Assembly (NCBI GenBank): GCA_036513675.1
Contig: DATBYP010000183.1
Span: 26,447-90,446, forward strand
Direction of reading: 5' to 3'
Origin: Candidatus Acidiferrum sp.
GTDB taxonomy: Bacteria; Acidobacteriota; Terriglobia; Acidiferrales; UBA7541
Length of the DNA stretch: 64,000 bases
Positions 8,338 through 18,758 of the stretch are shown here, piece after piece. Both the position numbers and the translations under genes were made by a program. How positions within the stretch are numbered: position 1 is the first letter of the stretch; each line of letters opens with the position of its first letter. The notes under the pieces are model-generated. The model was not told the DNA's origin. It made no database searches and was given only the letters and a program-made list of their open reading frames with translations.

Positions 8338-11111
8338 TAGTCACCTTCCGCTTGAAGTGGGATGGTCAAAGCAGGGTCAGTCGTAACCGAAGCCAACCGG
8401 CGTTCCGCAGATTTCCGCTGAACGGTGCCGTTGATGAACTCCTCGAGCAAATCGGAGCTACGCCTCCAGGTGAACTGCTTGATGCGTTCGTTAGCGGCGC
8501 GGGCCAAACGAATTCGGAGGTCGTTGTCGGCCAAAAGCAAGCAGAGGTTTTTGGCGAGAGCTTGCGGGTCGCCAGGAGGGGATAGCAAAGCAGTGACGCC
8601 GTGCTCGGCGAAGTCGCGAATGCCACCACTGTCTGTGGCAACAATGGCGCAACCGCAGGCGGCTCCTTCGGCTGGCGGAAGTGCAAAACCCTCGCTCAGG
8701 CTCGGGCTTAAAACGATGCTGGCCTTATTGTAGTACTCCTTTACGATGCGGTCTTGCGGCGGGTTTTTTGCGTAGGTGATCCACTTAGGCACCCAAGCTG
8801 GGCGGCGGCTGTTTCCGAAAAACATCACTTTCAGGTCGGGAAACGCCGTCTTGGCAATTTCCAAGGCTCTTATTCCGTCCCGGGAAGCCTTTAGCTTGAC
8901 AGGGGAACAGACCATTACGACTTGGCGGGTGCGCTGCGAGATCGGACGGATCAAGCGATAAACCTTCCCATCGATGGCGTTTGGAACGTAGGTCAGATCG
9001 CTGGCACCAAGGGATATGCCGAGCTCAAAGAGCCAGCGAGAAACGACTACTTTCCTGGTGGGCGTGCGCCAAGTGTCCTGCACCAGGTCCTCCGGACCCA
9101 TCCAGGTCTCATAACCCTGCATGAAATGACACTTTTCACCTTTCGCCGAGGAACACTCCATTATGGGACGAGAGGTCTGCCAACTGGTGGCGAAGAGCAC
9201 GTCGGCGTCAGGGATGTGGCGCTCGTCTGAGCTCGGAACGAAAAGGAGACGAACCCGTTTGTCAATGGCCTGCCAGGAGATAGAGGGGCGCGCCACGAGT
9301 GCCATCAGTGCCAATTTCTTGCTCCGAACGCGCTGACGGAATGTAACCTCGGGCGTCGGAGAATATTTCATTCGTCGCGGATGGACAAGAGAAACTGAGT
9401 GACCACGGGCCACGAGACGGTTGGCATGCTCGTATATGACTCGAAATCCGCCAGAAGGTGCCCAAGCGTAACCCGGAAGCAAGAACGTGATTCTCAGTTT
9501 GTTCGCAAAAGCGTGTGTTCGTCGAGGATGTAATGAGAAGCTGGCATCATTGCCAGTTACCTGAAGTGCTGAAGTCCTGCGCCGACTTCGCAAGATTGCA
9601 AGTGTCCTTTCGCGAAGGCTAGAAATGGTAGTTCTGTCTTCCTCGTCCACAGCTACGGCCCAGAAGACTACCGCATACACCAGAAAACACAGGAGCGTAA
9701 GGGGCGCGGCGAGGAGCAGCTTCAAATGAGTGGATTGGATAGTGAAAACCGCAGCCAAAAGTCCAGCACTTACCAGAATTGCACGGAACAAGGGACCTGA
9801 TACCAGGTCTCTGAATGAAAAAGCGTTAAGCCGCGAGGCAAAGGTGTACAGAATAAAACAATCCGTGACGGTAAGCAGCAACTTGGCGAACGCCGCTCCA
9901 TTGATACCATAGTGGCGCATGAGCCACCAGGCGACAGCGGCATAAATGGGAATCATAAGAAGGTCTTGAATAGCCTTCAGATCGGGTCTACCGAGGGCTT
10001 GGACAGAGGTGTAAGGAACATACGCTAAGCCGTTGAAAACGAAGACCACGGTGACGATTTGGAGAACAAGCGTGCTCTGGGCGGCAAATTGAGGTCCAAG
10101 CCAGAGCAGCATGATGTCATGTGCAAAAAAGACAAAGATTGCGACGGCAGGAGTGAACACGAGAAGGAGGTACTTGATGGCCCTGGAAGTGATTTCTGAA
10201 ACCTCGCCACTCTTTTTGCTGCCGTGATAGCTGAAATATGGAAAGAGTGAAGGCACGATGGCCATGGGAAAAATCAATAGCTTGGAAACTAGCTCGTACG
10301 GTGCGGAGTAGAAGGTAAGGGTGCTCACCGAGAGTAAAGAGGCAATCATGAAGCGTTCGAGATAAGCGAAAACTGGACCGGCCACATTGCTGACCATGAT
10401 CCAGCCGCCAAAGATGGCCAGTGGGCGGAGGGAAGCTCTGGAGAATCGCAAGTGCTTGCCGAGACCAGGAATCACACGGAAGCAAAAGAAGAAATAGGCA
10501 ACAGTGGAAATGAGCCGGATCCCTACCATGAGAGAGACAATGCCTGCGACATGCACGCCCAACGGAATTGCCAACGCCGCGACGAGATAAAAGAGCACAC
10601 TCGAGGGCACTTTCACCAAGTTCACAAGATCAAAGCGCTGCGCGGCCTCGAGAACTCCACGTAGCGCATTGTTCCCGAGCATCACAGGCATCGAGACACA
10701 CAGGACAAAGAGCGCGACACGAGCTTCGCCGGCAAGAGCAGGCGGCATCTTGAAAACGTGGGTGACCGAGATGGGAACGAAGAAGGCAGCGATAGCGCCA
10801 CCAATGCAACCCAAAATAACAAGAAGGGATAGCGAAGTCCAAATGAGCTCGGGAACCTTATGAACCTGATCGGAGTCGAGATTCTCTGCGACAAATTTGA
10901 CAGTGGCACGACTCAGCCCGAGGTCGAAAATATTGAAATAACCGAGCAACATCATGGCAATGGACAAGATTCCATACCCGTCCGTGCCTAGACCCCGCAC
11001 GATGTAAGGGATCGTGAGCACACCGGCGAGCAAGGGCAAAACCTGGCCCGCTAGATTCAAAATGCTGTTCTTCGCGATCAAACGTCTGCCGCGTTGCTTG
11101 TGGTCATCCAT
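8337..11111 (-). CDS. Wzx flippase (N-terminal ~510 aa) fused to a GT4 glycosyltransferase (C-terminal ~380 aa)
   Basis: KNSILNLAGQVLP..GYGILS..FDLGLSRA flippase start with many TM segments, then SGGFRVIYEHAN, ATSWQT and EGFALPPAEGAACG (GT-B Ex7E) in one uninterrupted ORF. Confidence 0.85.
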   Translation of the reverse strand: MDDHKQRGRRLIAKNSILNLAGQVLPLLAGVLTIPYIVRGLGTDGYGILSIAMMLLGYFNIFDLGLSRATVKFVAENLDSDQVHKVPELIWTSLSLLVILGCIGGAIAAFFVPISVTHVFKMPPALAGEARVALFVLCVSMPVMLGNNALRGVLEAAQRFDLVNLVKVPSSVLFYLVAALAIPLGVHVAGIVSLMVGIRLISTVAYFFFCFRVIPGLGKHLRFSRASLRPLAIFGGWIMVSNVAGPVFAYLERFMIASLLSVSTLTFYSAPYELVSKLLIFPMAIVPSLFPYFSYHGSKKSGEVSEITSRAIKYLLLVFTPAVAIFVFFAHDIMLLWLGPQFAAQSTLVLQIVTVVFVFNGLAYVPYTSVQALGRPDLKAIQDLLMIPIYAAVAWWLMRHYGINGAAFAKLLLTVTDCFILYTFASRLNAFSFRDLVSGPLFRAILVSAGLLAAVFTIQSTHLKLLLAAPLTLLCFLVYAVVFWAVAVDEEDRTTISSLRERTLAILRSRRRTSALQVTGNDASFSLHPRRTHAFANKLRITFLLPGYAWAPSGGFRVIYEHANRLVARGHSVSLVHPRRMKYSPTPEVTFRQRVRSKKLALMALVARPSISWQAIDKRVRLLFVPSSDERHIPDADVLFATSWQTSRPIMECSSAKGEKCHFMQGYETWMGPEDLVQDTWRTPTRKVVVSRWLFELGISLGASDLTYVPNAIDGKVYRLIRPISQRTRQVVMVCSPVKLKASRDGIRALEIAKTAFPDLKVMFFGNSRRPAWVPKWITYAKNPPQDRIVKEYYNKASIVLSPSLSEGFALPPAEGAACGCAIVATDSGGIRDFAEHGVTALLSPPGDPQALAKNLCLLLADNDLRIRLARAANERIKQFTWRRSSDLLEEFINGTVQRKSAERRLASVTTDPALTIPLQAEGD

Positions 11112-11298
11112 TTTTTGGGGTGGTACCTCGATCAGTGGATCGGTGCGTGTCGAGCGGGAGTGAGGAGCGCAGCAACTACTTCGGCAAATATGGGAGTGGA
11201 AAAAAGATCCACTCTCATTTCCAAATTCGGCTTTTCAGATTGTTAATTAATTTTGTCTTTGAAAAAAGAAGCCTAATCCATCAGCCGCACGTAACGCT

Positions 11299-12864
11299 CT
11301 ACTGGATTATCGCGCTGAGACCGCTGGGCGACGAAGGCGGAACCGTCGAGCCAAATTTATATGCACCGGCGTCCCAACTGCCGCTTAGCTGGCGTGCCGC
11401 TCCAACCCTATCTTTGGAGAGTGCGGACAGGCCACCGACACTCATGTTGAGCAAATTTGCGGCAGAGCTGATAGCCACAGACCCGGACAATAACTGGCCC
11501 AGACTGCTGGCGTTGATTTTTGAGGCCGGTACCAGCTTGGATCTTGAATCGCAGTGACAGGCGCTTTGCCAGGACGCAATGTCCCGATAGCTGTGACCTT
11601 GATAGCTAAATGAATTATATATGCCTGCGTCCGCCAACAAATCCTCGTAAATGTTGTTGTTGATTCCTGTGGAAGACAGAGAGCCGCCGCCCTGTACCGA
11701 AATATTGGAGTTGCCACCGAGGAGTACGTTATTTACGGCCGAAAAGTTGTTCTGGGCGTTGGCGAATATCGCCGAACCGCGATCGTGCCCTCCGGCACGG
11801 ATGAAGTTGTTGTAAGCAGAATTTCCTGTAGCAGGTCCACCCGGCAAGACTCCGGTGGTCGTAATGCCATTAAACCAGAGCGCCTGGATCGTGCGATTTG
11901 CGGGGACGAGGAAGACGTTGTTGTAGACAGCAACATTCTTCACGGAGTCCTGGAGGTAGATGTGACCAGTGATGTTGACGCCGGAATCCCCATCAAACAC
12001 GTTGTTGTAAATGGAACCGTTGGTGACGATCCCACCGCGTTGCCCCCACATATGCACACCATCATGGTGGTAAGCATTTGTGGGTGAATCCCAGTTCACG
12101 TAATTATGGAAATGGTTGTCGTTGATTTGGAAGCCGGAACTTGTGGCTGACGGACCAAACGCGAGTCCATGGTCGACGTTATACATATTGGAGTAGGACA
12201 AAGTAAAATTGTTGCCGAAACCCGCGAAGGCCCAGCCGGTGTCGTGGCAGGTCACACGCGTGATCGTAAAATTGTTGGCGTTGAGAAAATAGATGCAGTT
12301 TACGCCCTGCTGAACTACGGCTAAATCATTATACGAGGTGCGTACATACAAATCGGCGATAGTGAGGTTCTTGACGACGCAACCATTGCAGTTCGCGGCA
12401 AAAACGCCCCTGCTGGACTGTGCGTTTCCGCGACCGGTGCCGTTCGCAGTATTCTTAATGATGCCGTTCGTGCCGCCGTCAATGACGATGTAGCTCCGGC
12501 CGTTTTCGTATATGGCACCCTGTGAGGACCAGTATGGGGCGCTGAGAATGGCGTTGGTCTCGAATTTGATGGTGATCGGGCTGGTGCTGGTCCCGTTGCC
12601 GCCCACAACCAGCAGTTGCTGACCCGGCATACCGACGAATGTGCCACAGAGATGCACTGTGGTACCCGGGCCTATCTGCGCGGCTCCGGTTCCCCAGGTC
12701 GATGCGGTGTTAAACCAAGTATATGCCTTGGCCGTCGAACACCCGGTGCCAGTTCCGGTGCCAGCCTGCTTGGCTGCGATATAGAAATCTTTTGCTACAG
12801 CCGGTAGTGCACTAAACAACACAGTGAGTAAGAAACCTAAAACTAAAGTGGACCTGCGCATCAT
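11299..12864 (-). CDS. Secreted Asn/Gly/Ser-rich parallel beta-helix protein (pectin-lyase-like fold; possible glycanase)
   Basis: Signal peptide (..AVA-KD), GPGTTVHLCGT, repeated IYNN.F/VYNNVF/AYNNF strands, HHDGVH and C-terminal WDAGAY. Confidence 0.65.
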   Translation of the reverse strand: MMRRSTLVLGFLLTVLFSALPAVAKDFYIAAKQAGTGTGTGCSTAKAYTWFNTASTWGTGAAQIGPGTTVHLCGTFVGMPGQQLLVVGGNGTSTSPITIKFETNAILSAPYWSSQGAIYENGRSYIVIDGGTNGIIKNTANGTGRGNAQSSRGVFAANCNGCVVKNLTIADLYVRTSYNDLAVVQQGVNCIYFLNANNFTITRVTCHDTGWAFAGFGNNFTLSYSNMYNVDHGLAFGPSATSSGFQINDNHFHNYVNWDSPTNAYHHDGVHMWGQRGGIVTNGSIYNNVFDGDSGVNITGHIYLQDSVKNVAVYNNVFLVPANRTIQALWFNGITTTGVLPGGPATGNSAYNNFIRAGGHDRGSAIFANAQNNFSAVNNVLLGGNSNISVQGGGSLSSTGINNNIYEDLLADAGIYNSFSYQGHSYRDIASWQSACHCDSRSKLVPASKINASSLGQLLSGSVAISSAANLLNMSVGGLSALSKDRVGAARQLSGSWDAGAYKFGSTVPPSSPSGLSAIIQ

Positions 12865-13123
12865 CTATCTGCCCCCTCGATGGAAAGCTCTCTGAGAGGA
12901 CGAAGATAGGCCGCCTGCCTGTTAGCAAGGTCGACCCGGGACATGAGAGCGAGAGATTCCGACCATTTATTATCTATAAAACAACTTCCTGTACCTTGGA
13001 GGTTACAGAGGAGGAAAGCCCAATTCTACTGTACATAGGAACAATTCGAGGACAGGTGCGCGTCCAGGATGCTCCTGGGTTCGGTTGCTAAAGTGCCACA
13101 AATAGTAAATCCCGGCCCATTTA

Positions 13124-14593
13124 CTACGGGCGAGGCTGGACGGAACCCGAATTAGCGGGTGACGCAGTGACCGGGGAAACGCCGGATCCCACACCCATGG
13201 CGATCGGCAGCCGATCCCCGGAGGCTCGCACCTGTGGCAGTTGGGCGGCGCAAGGCTCCTTGCCGATGCAGACGTATTGAAATCCGTGTGCCGTGACCTC
13301 CTCCGCGGAGTACAAGTTACGACCGTCGATCAGCAACGGGTGAGCGACGCTGTTAGCGAGGGTGCCCCAGTCTGGCTTTCGGAACTCGTCCCATTCGGTG
13401 AGCACAAGGATTGCGTCGGCGTGTTGAGCCGCCTCGTAATGGCTGAGGCAGTATGTGATTTCGGGGAGCTCGTCTTTTGCCTTTTGCATCGCTTGGGGGT
13501 CGTAGGCGCGTATGCTGGCGCCCTCAGCTACGAGGCGCCTTATTATATTTAGTGCAGGAGCAAAGCGGACATCGTCGGTGTCTGGCTTGAATGCCAATCC
13601 CCAAACAGCGAGTGTTTTGCCGCGCAACACCCAGAGCTCCTTCTTAACCTTGGCTACAAATTGCTCGGCGCGGCGCAAATTGATCTTCTCCACTTCCCTG
13701 AGAAGAGAAAAGTCGCATCCGAGCTTTTCGCCGATGCGAACAAAAGCCTGAACATCTTTTGGGAAGCAGAACCCACCGAAACCGATTCCCGGATTGAGGA
13801 AAGATTGTCCGATACGCCTGTCGCTGCCGATGCCTTCGGCTACCTTTGCAATGTCGGCACCAGCTGCCTCGCACGCATCCGCCACCAAGTTTATGAATGA
13901 GATCTTCATAGCCAAGAATGAGTTGGAGGCGTGCTTCACGAGTTCTGCGCTGTTGGTGTCGGTCACGATGAGGGGGATTTCGTGCGCCGGCGGACACTGC
14001 GAATGGACAGGGCAAGTGGAGGTCGACTTAAGGACAGGGCGGTAGATTTCCTTCATCATCGCTATGGCACGGGGAGACTCGGCTCCAATAACGATGCGGT
14101 CGGGATGAAAAAAGTCGCCGACGGCGGAGCCTTCGCGGAGGAACTCCGGGTTAGAGACAACATCAAACTCAAGGCCGTTAACATTGTAGATAGAGAGGTG
14201 CTTCCAGAGGCGCTTCGCGGTTTGTACGGGCACGGTGCTTTTTTCGATCACCAAGCGATATCCGTGCGCGGCGGAGGCGATGGTACGAGCTACGGATTCA
14301 ATGGCGCTAAGATCCGCTTCGCCATTTTCCAGAGGTGGCGTGCCGACGCAAATAAAAATGGCGTTTCCCTTCTCGATGGCTTCTGCAGGCGACACAAATT
14401 GCAGGCGGCCAGAAGCAGCATTGCGTTTAACCAGCGAATCCAGGTGAGGCTCAAAGAACGGCAGGCGACCAGCGTTAAGCTTTTTTAGTTTGTCCAGGTC
14501 ATTATCCGCACAAAACACCCGATGGCCGATTTCCGCGAGACAAGCGGCAGTCGTCAAACCAACATAACCAGCACCTATGACTGAAATTTGCAT
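13124..14593 (-). CDS. ugd: UDP-glucose 6-dehydrogenase
   Basis: GAGYVG, KSTVP, SNPEFLREG, GFGGFCFPKD (catalytic Cys) and GLAFKPDTDD. Confidence 0.9.
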   Translation of the reverse strand: MQISVIGAGYVGLTTAACLAEIGHRVFCADNDLDKLKKLNAGRLPFFEPHLDSLVKRNAASGRLQFVSPAEAIEKGNAIFICVGTPPLENGEADLSAIESVARTIASAAHGYRLVIEKSTVPVQTAKRLWKHLSIYNVNGLEFDVVSNPEFLREGSAVGDFFHPDRIVIGAESPRAIAMMKEIYRPVLKSTSTCPVHSQCPPAHEIPLIVTDTNSAELVKHASNSFLAMKISFINLVADACEAAGADIAKVAEGIGSDRRIGQSFLNPGIGFGGFCFPKDVQAFVRIGEKLGCDFSLLREVEKINLRRAEQFVAKVKKELWVLRGKTLAVWGLAFKPDTDDVRFAPALNIIRRLVAEGASIRAYDPQAMQKAKDELPEITYCLSHYEAAQHADAILVLTEWDEFRKPDWGTLANSVAHPLLIDGRNLYSAEEVTAHGFQYVCIGKEPCAAQLPQVRASGDRLPIAMGVGSGVSPVTASPANSGSVQPRP

Positions 14594-14599
14594 TCGTCT

Positions 14600-15874
14600 T
14601 TACCCCTGATTCGTTTTGGAATTAGCAATGGCGCAAGGTTCGAGCGGTGCGGGCGGCGGAGACTGAAGCACCGGTTCCTTGGCCACAAGAGAATCGACAA
14701 TACCGAGATACTGATACCTTTCGACATCCCAACTGTGGGCCTCGACGTAGTTCAAGGCGTTGGTCACTTGCTGCCGACGGAGCTCGGGATTTTTCCTAAG
14801 CAGAACGATGTTTTCCGCGAGTGCGGCCTCATCGTCACTGTCGTAGTACTTAACCAATGTATCGGTGTAGTAGTACTGATGGATTCGGGTCCGCGATACG
14901 ACGAGCGGTACGCCGACGGCCATGAATTCAAAAATTTTCATACTGAGCGCTTCATTGCCAAATTGGGAACCTGCGCGCTTAGGCTCGACCGCGAGGTCTG
15001 TGTCGGCCATGACCTGCACGATCTGCTCGGTCGGCAGCAAATTGTGAAAAACGACTCGCTGATTTAGACCGAGAGAGTCCGCCAAACGGATCAACGATTG
15101 TTTTGCTGGACCTTCACCATAGATATGGAATTCAGCATCGGGCATTTCGTCCTTGATCTTTGCGAAAGCGGCGATGGCGACGTCAACGCCCTGGTGCCAA
15201 TTCAGCGAGCCAGGGTAGGTGATCAAGAATTTTCCATTGCTCCTGCTCCGGATATTGGGGTTGAAGAGACCGCGTGCGGGATAGTTGCGAATGGGCGAGC
15301 ACTTTCGCGGCATTCCGCAACGCTGGGCGACCCGCTCGCACCACAGATGATTGGCCACGATGGCATGATCGGCAAAAGCGATCGACAATCTCTCGACCAG
15401 AACCAGACAACGAAAGACGAAAGAGCCACGGTCTACGTGAAACTTGCTGGCATAGAATTCCGGCAGCACGTCGTGAATGTCCAACACCACCGGTGTCCCG
15501 AGAAGTTTGGGTAAGACCGCGGCGAATACCAAGAAATCCGGAACAGAGTGCACATGGATTAGTTGGTATTTCTGCGAAAGCTGACGGCGTGCGATAAACG
15601 CGGCTGCGACCAGCAAAAATCGCATGATTCGGAAAAGATATGATAAGGGGCCGCGCTCATTAATCTTTCTGGTCTGAATGCGGAAGACATTTACGCCGTT
15701 CATGACGGAGCGCACTGGCTGGCCCGGTTGACGGAGAGCGATGACGTCGACGGAGTCGCCGCGCTCGACCAAAGCCCTTGCGTACTGCTTTATGCGTGCG
15801 TCCGTCTCGTAAAACGAGTACGCGAGCATGCAGATTTTAAGGGATTGGCGTTGCGAATGTATCGAATCGGGCAT
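14600..15874 (-). CDS. Glycosyltransferase family 4
   Basis: DARIK, HVHSVPD, LDIHD and KIFEFMAVGVP motifs. Confidence 0.9.
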   Translation of the reverse strand: MPDSIHSQRQSLKICMLAYSFYETDARIKQYARALVERGDSVDVIALRQPGQPVRSVMNGVNVFRIQTRKINERGPLSYLFRIMRFLLVAAAFIARRQLSQKYQLIHVHSVPDFLVFAAVLPKLLGTPVVLDIHDVLPEFYASKFHVDRGSFVFRCLVLVERLSIAFADHAIVANHLWCERVAQRCGMPRKCSPIRNYPARGLFNPNIRSRSNGKFLITYPGSLNWHQGVDVAIAAFAKIKDEMPDAEFHIYGEGPAKQSLIRLADSLGLNQRVVFHNLLPTEQIVQVMADTDLAVEPKRAGSQFGNEALSMKIFEFMAVGVPLVVSRTRIHQYYYTDTLVKYYDSDDEAALAENIVLLRKNPELRRQQVTNALNYVEAHSWDVERYQYLGIVDSLVAKEPVLQSPPPAPLEPCAIANSKTNQG

Positions 15875-15897
15875 ATGACCGGGGGGAATGTGCCGCG

Positions 15898-17133
15898 TTA
15901 AAGGGCGACTGGCTGAACCTGCTCTGCGCTAACGGCTTCACGCCCGAAGGAAAGGAAAGCCGCAACTTCCCCTACTACGCGCTGAATCTGGTCGGCGCGG
16001 AGTTGGGGATACATGGGCAAGGATAGGATTTCCGAAGCAACGCGCTCACATATCGGAAAGCTCCCTACAGAATACTGGAGATTGCGATAGGCCTCCTGGA
16101 GATGAAGAGGAACGGGATAGTGGATTCCTGTTCCAATTCCAGATTTGGCCAGGTGCTTCTGAAGAGCATCGCGCTCACGCACGCGAATCACATACAAGTG
16201 ATAAACAGAGCGGGCGGAATCTGGGCAGAAGGGAGCCACCACGCCATCGATGGCGGCGAAGGCTTGGTCGTAATGCTTTGCAGCCTGCAGACGTTTGCGA
16301 TTCCAATCCGCGAGATGACGAAGTTTCGTGGTTAGAAAACCCGCTTGCAGCGCATCGAGGCGACCGTTGTAGCCTTCGATTTGGTGATAATACTTCTGGG
16401 CCTGGCCGTGGTCCCGAAGGATGCGCATGGTTCGAGCCATCGCTTCGTTGTTCGTGGTTACCGCGCCAGCTTCCCCGCAAGCTCCAAGGTTTTTCCCGGG
16501 ATAGAAGCTGAAGGCTGCAGCGTGACCAAGGCTTCCCGCTTTCTGCCAAGTGTTGGCGGTTTTCGAATGGTACTCGGCGCCGTGTGCCTGGCAAGCATCC
16601 TCGACAACGATGAGGTTGTACTTACGAGCGAGGTCGAGGATTGGATCCATATCGGCCATTTGACCGTAGATGTGAACGGGCACAAGCGCGGTGACGGGCG
16701 CTTGCAGCTTTCGGTTAATGAGTTTGCCGGTCTTTGCGTCCACGGAGCAATGACGCTCGAGATATTCCTCAAGCTTGCGCGGATCCATGCAGTAGGTGCG
16801 CTCGTCGATGTCGACAAACTCGGGACGCGCGCCGGCTTGGCTGATCGCTTCGGTGGTGGCGATGAAGGTGTGCGGAACAGTGACCACGACGTCGCCGGGC
16901 TTTACGCCGGCAGCGGTCAAGGCGAATCGAACTGCGTCTGTTCCGCTAGCTACGCCAACACAGTGCGATGCGTCACAGAATTTTGCAAACTCCCGCTCAA
17001 ATTCTTCCACCTTCGGACCGCCAACAAATCCGGCCGTGCGCAACGTATCCCTAAGGGTCGACAACAGGTCTTCTTCTAGTTCCTTGTGAAGCGTTATCAA
17101 ATCCAGAAACGGGACTTGTTCGGTGTTGGACAT
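15898..17133 (-). CDS. DegT/DnrJ/EryC1/StrS family PLP sugar aminotransferase
   Basis: SGTDA, PVHIYGQ, EDACQAHG, FSFYPGKNLG and HYPVPLH motifs. Confidence 0.93.
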   Translation of the reverse strand: MSNTEQVPFLDLITLHKELEEDLLSTLRDTLRTAGFVGGPKVEEFEREFAKFCDASHCVGVASGTDAVRFALTAAGVKPGDVVVTVPHTFIATTEAISQAGARPEFVDIDERTYCMDPRKLEEYLERHCSVDAKTGKLINRKLQAPVTALVPVHIYGQMADMDPILDLARKYNLIVVEDACQAHGAEYHSKTANTWQKAGSLGHAAAFSFYPGKNLGACGEAGAVTTNNEAMARTMRILRDHGQAQKYYHQIEGYNGRLDALQAGFLTTKLRHLADWNRKRLQAAKHYDQAFAAIDGVVAPFCPDSARSVYHLYVIRVRERDALQKHLAKSGIGTGIHYPVPLHLQEAYRNLQYSVGSFPICERVASEILSLPMYPQLRADQIQRVVGEVAAFLSFGREAVSAEQVQPVAL

Positions 17134-17685
17134 TTAGGCGATCCTCTGCTCCTGTGTGATATAACGGAGAAACTTAGCCGGATTTCCGGCGACAATAGCG
17201 TTTGCGGGAACATCTTTCGTGACAACGCTACCTGCGCCCACAATGGCGTTTTCACCGATGACCACATTGGAGAGAATCGTGGATCCGGAACCGATAGAGG
17301 CGCCTTTTTTTACGACTGTCCGCTCGACGACCCAATCCTGCTCGGTCTGCAGGGCTCCGTCACCAGTAACGGCACGAGGGTAACTGTCGTTGATGAATGT
17401 GACGCCGTGACCTATGAAGACGCCTTCTTCTACATCGACACCTTCACAGATGAACGTATGACTCGAAATCTTGCAATTCTTGCCGATAGTCGCGTTCTTT
17501 TGTATCTCGACGAAGGCGCCGATTTTTGTGTTATCGCCGATCTGGCACCCGTAGAGGTTAATAAACTTGGAGAGCTTTACGTTTGCTCCCAAACGCACAT
17601 CGGGTGCGATGGAGAGATGCTCACCTACTGCGGGGTGCGTCTTCCCGTTGCATCCGCTTGGTGACTTCTGATGGTCGGTTTTCAT
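17134..17685 (-). CDS. Hexapeptide-repeat sugar N-acyltransferase (WbpD/WlbB-like)
   Basis: Left-handed beta-helix repeats, FIGHGVTFIND.YPR and GAGSVVTKDVP..GNPAK; start set at MKTDHQ (ATG 17685). Confidence 0.88.
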   Translation of the reverse strand: MKTDHQKSPSGCNGKTHPAVGEHLSIAPDVRLGANVKLSKFINLYGCQIGDNTKIGAFVEIQKNATIGKNCKISSHTFICEGVDVEEGVFIGHGVTFINDSYPRAVTGDGALQTEQDWVVERTVVKKGASIGSGSTILSNVVIGENAIVGAGSVVTKDVPANAIVAGNPAKFLRYITQEQRIA

Positions 17686-17690
17686 GCTTG

Positions 17691-18701
17691 TTAGACTCGC
17701 ACGCGAGCCACGCTGGCCCAACTTGGCGGCAAGTTCTTCGGGATTTCGATATCCTCGAAGACGCTGCTTTCTCGCGAGCCATGATCTTTCACCCACGCAG
17801 CCATCGTTCTGATTCCATCTTGCAGGGGCACCTTACGCCGCAAACCGAAGGCACTTTCTGCGCGGGAATGATCTGAAAAGGCGATCTTGACTTCATTGCG
17901 CGGATCGAGGCGAACGACGTTGCACTCCTTGCTCATTGCGTCCGCCACAATTTGCGCGAGGTAATTCACCGTGTGAGGAACGTCGGCGCCCACATTGAAC
18001 ACTTGATTGCGGGCACCAAGAACATTGACGGAATCCGCGATTACAGGAGCTACGTCATTGATGTGGGTAAAAGCGCGTTGCTGCTCGCCATCACCAAAGA
18101 TGGTCATGGGCTCGCCTTTCATGAGTTGGTTCATAAAAATTCCCACGACATTGCGATAGCGATCGCCAATGTTTTGGCGCTCGCCATAGACGTTGTGTGG
18201 ACGGAAGATCACGTAGTCGAGGCCAAACATTTCATGCGTTACCTTCAATTCTCTTTCGACGGCAAGCTTGGCGATTCCGTAGGAATCTTCCGGCTGGGGC
18301 ACCATGTCTTCCGTCATGGGTGACTGTCCGGCGCCATAAACAGCAATGGAGGAGGTGAAGACGAAGCAGCGCACGCCGTAGTTGACAGAGGCGTTGATCA
18401 GGTTCACGGAGCCAATCAGATTGTTGTTGTAGTTAAAGCGCTTTATGAAATGGCTCAGGCCCTCTGCTGCGTAAGCGGCGAGATGATAGACGTAACTGAA
18501 ATTGTAACGGTCGAAGAGCCGGTCGATTAGCTCAGCGTCCAAAATGGAACCCTTTACGAATACCGCGCCGCTCGGAACGTTGTCTTCAAATCCACCACTC
18601 AGATCGTCGAGAACAACAACCTTGTGACCGCGGGCGAGGAGTTCGTCAGCAAGGTGCGATCCGATAAAGCCGGCGCCTCCCGTCACCAATGAAGTGGACA
18701 T
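17691..18701 (-). CDS. NAD-dependent nucleotide-sugar epimerase/dehydratase (extended SDR)
   Basis: TGGAGFIGSH, TSS.AVYG, YGIAK and NVYG motifs. Confidence 0.9.
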   Translation of the reverse strand: MSTSLVTGGAGFIGSHLADELLARGHKVVVLDDLSGGFEDNVPSGAVFVKGSILDAELIDRLFDRYNFSYVYHLAAYAAEGLSHFIKRFNYNNNLIGSVNLINASVNYGVRCFVFTSSIAVYGAGQSPMTEDMVPQPEDSYGIAKLAVERELKVTHEMFGLDYVIFRPHNVYGERQNIGDRYRNVVGIFMNQLMKGEPMTIFGDGEQQRAFTHINDVAPVIADSVNVLGARNQVFNVGADVPHTVNYLAQIVADAMSKECNVVRLDPRNEVKIAFSDHSRAESAFGLRRKVPLQDGIRTMAAWVKDHGSRESSVFEDIEIPKNLPPSWASVARVRV

Positions 18702-18758
18702 CTTTCCTTATTCCTTTCGTTTGCGCTTGGAATTTTGCAAAGAGATGGAAGAGTGAAA

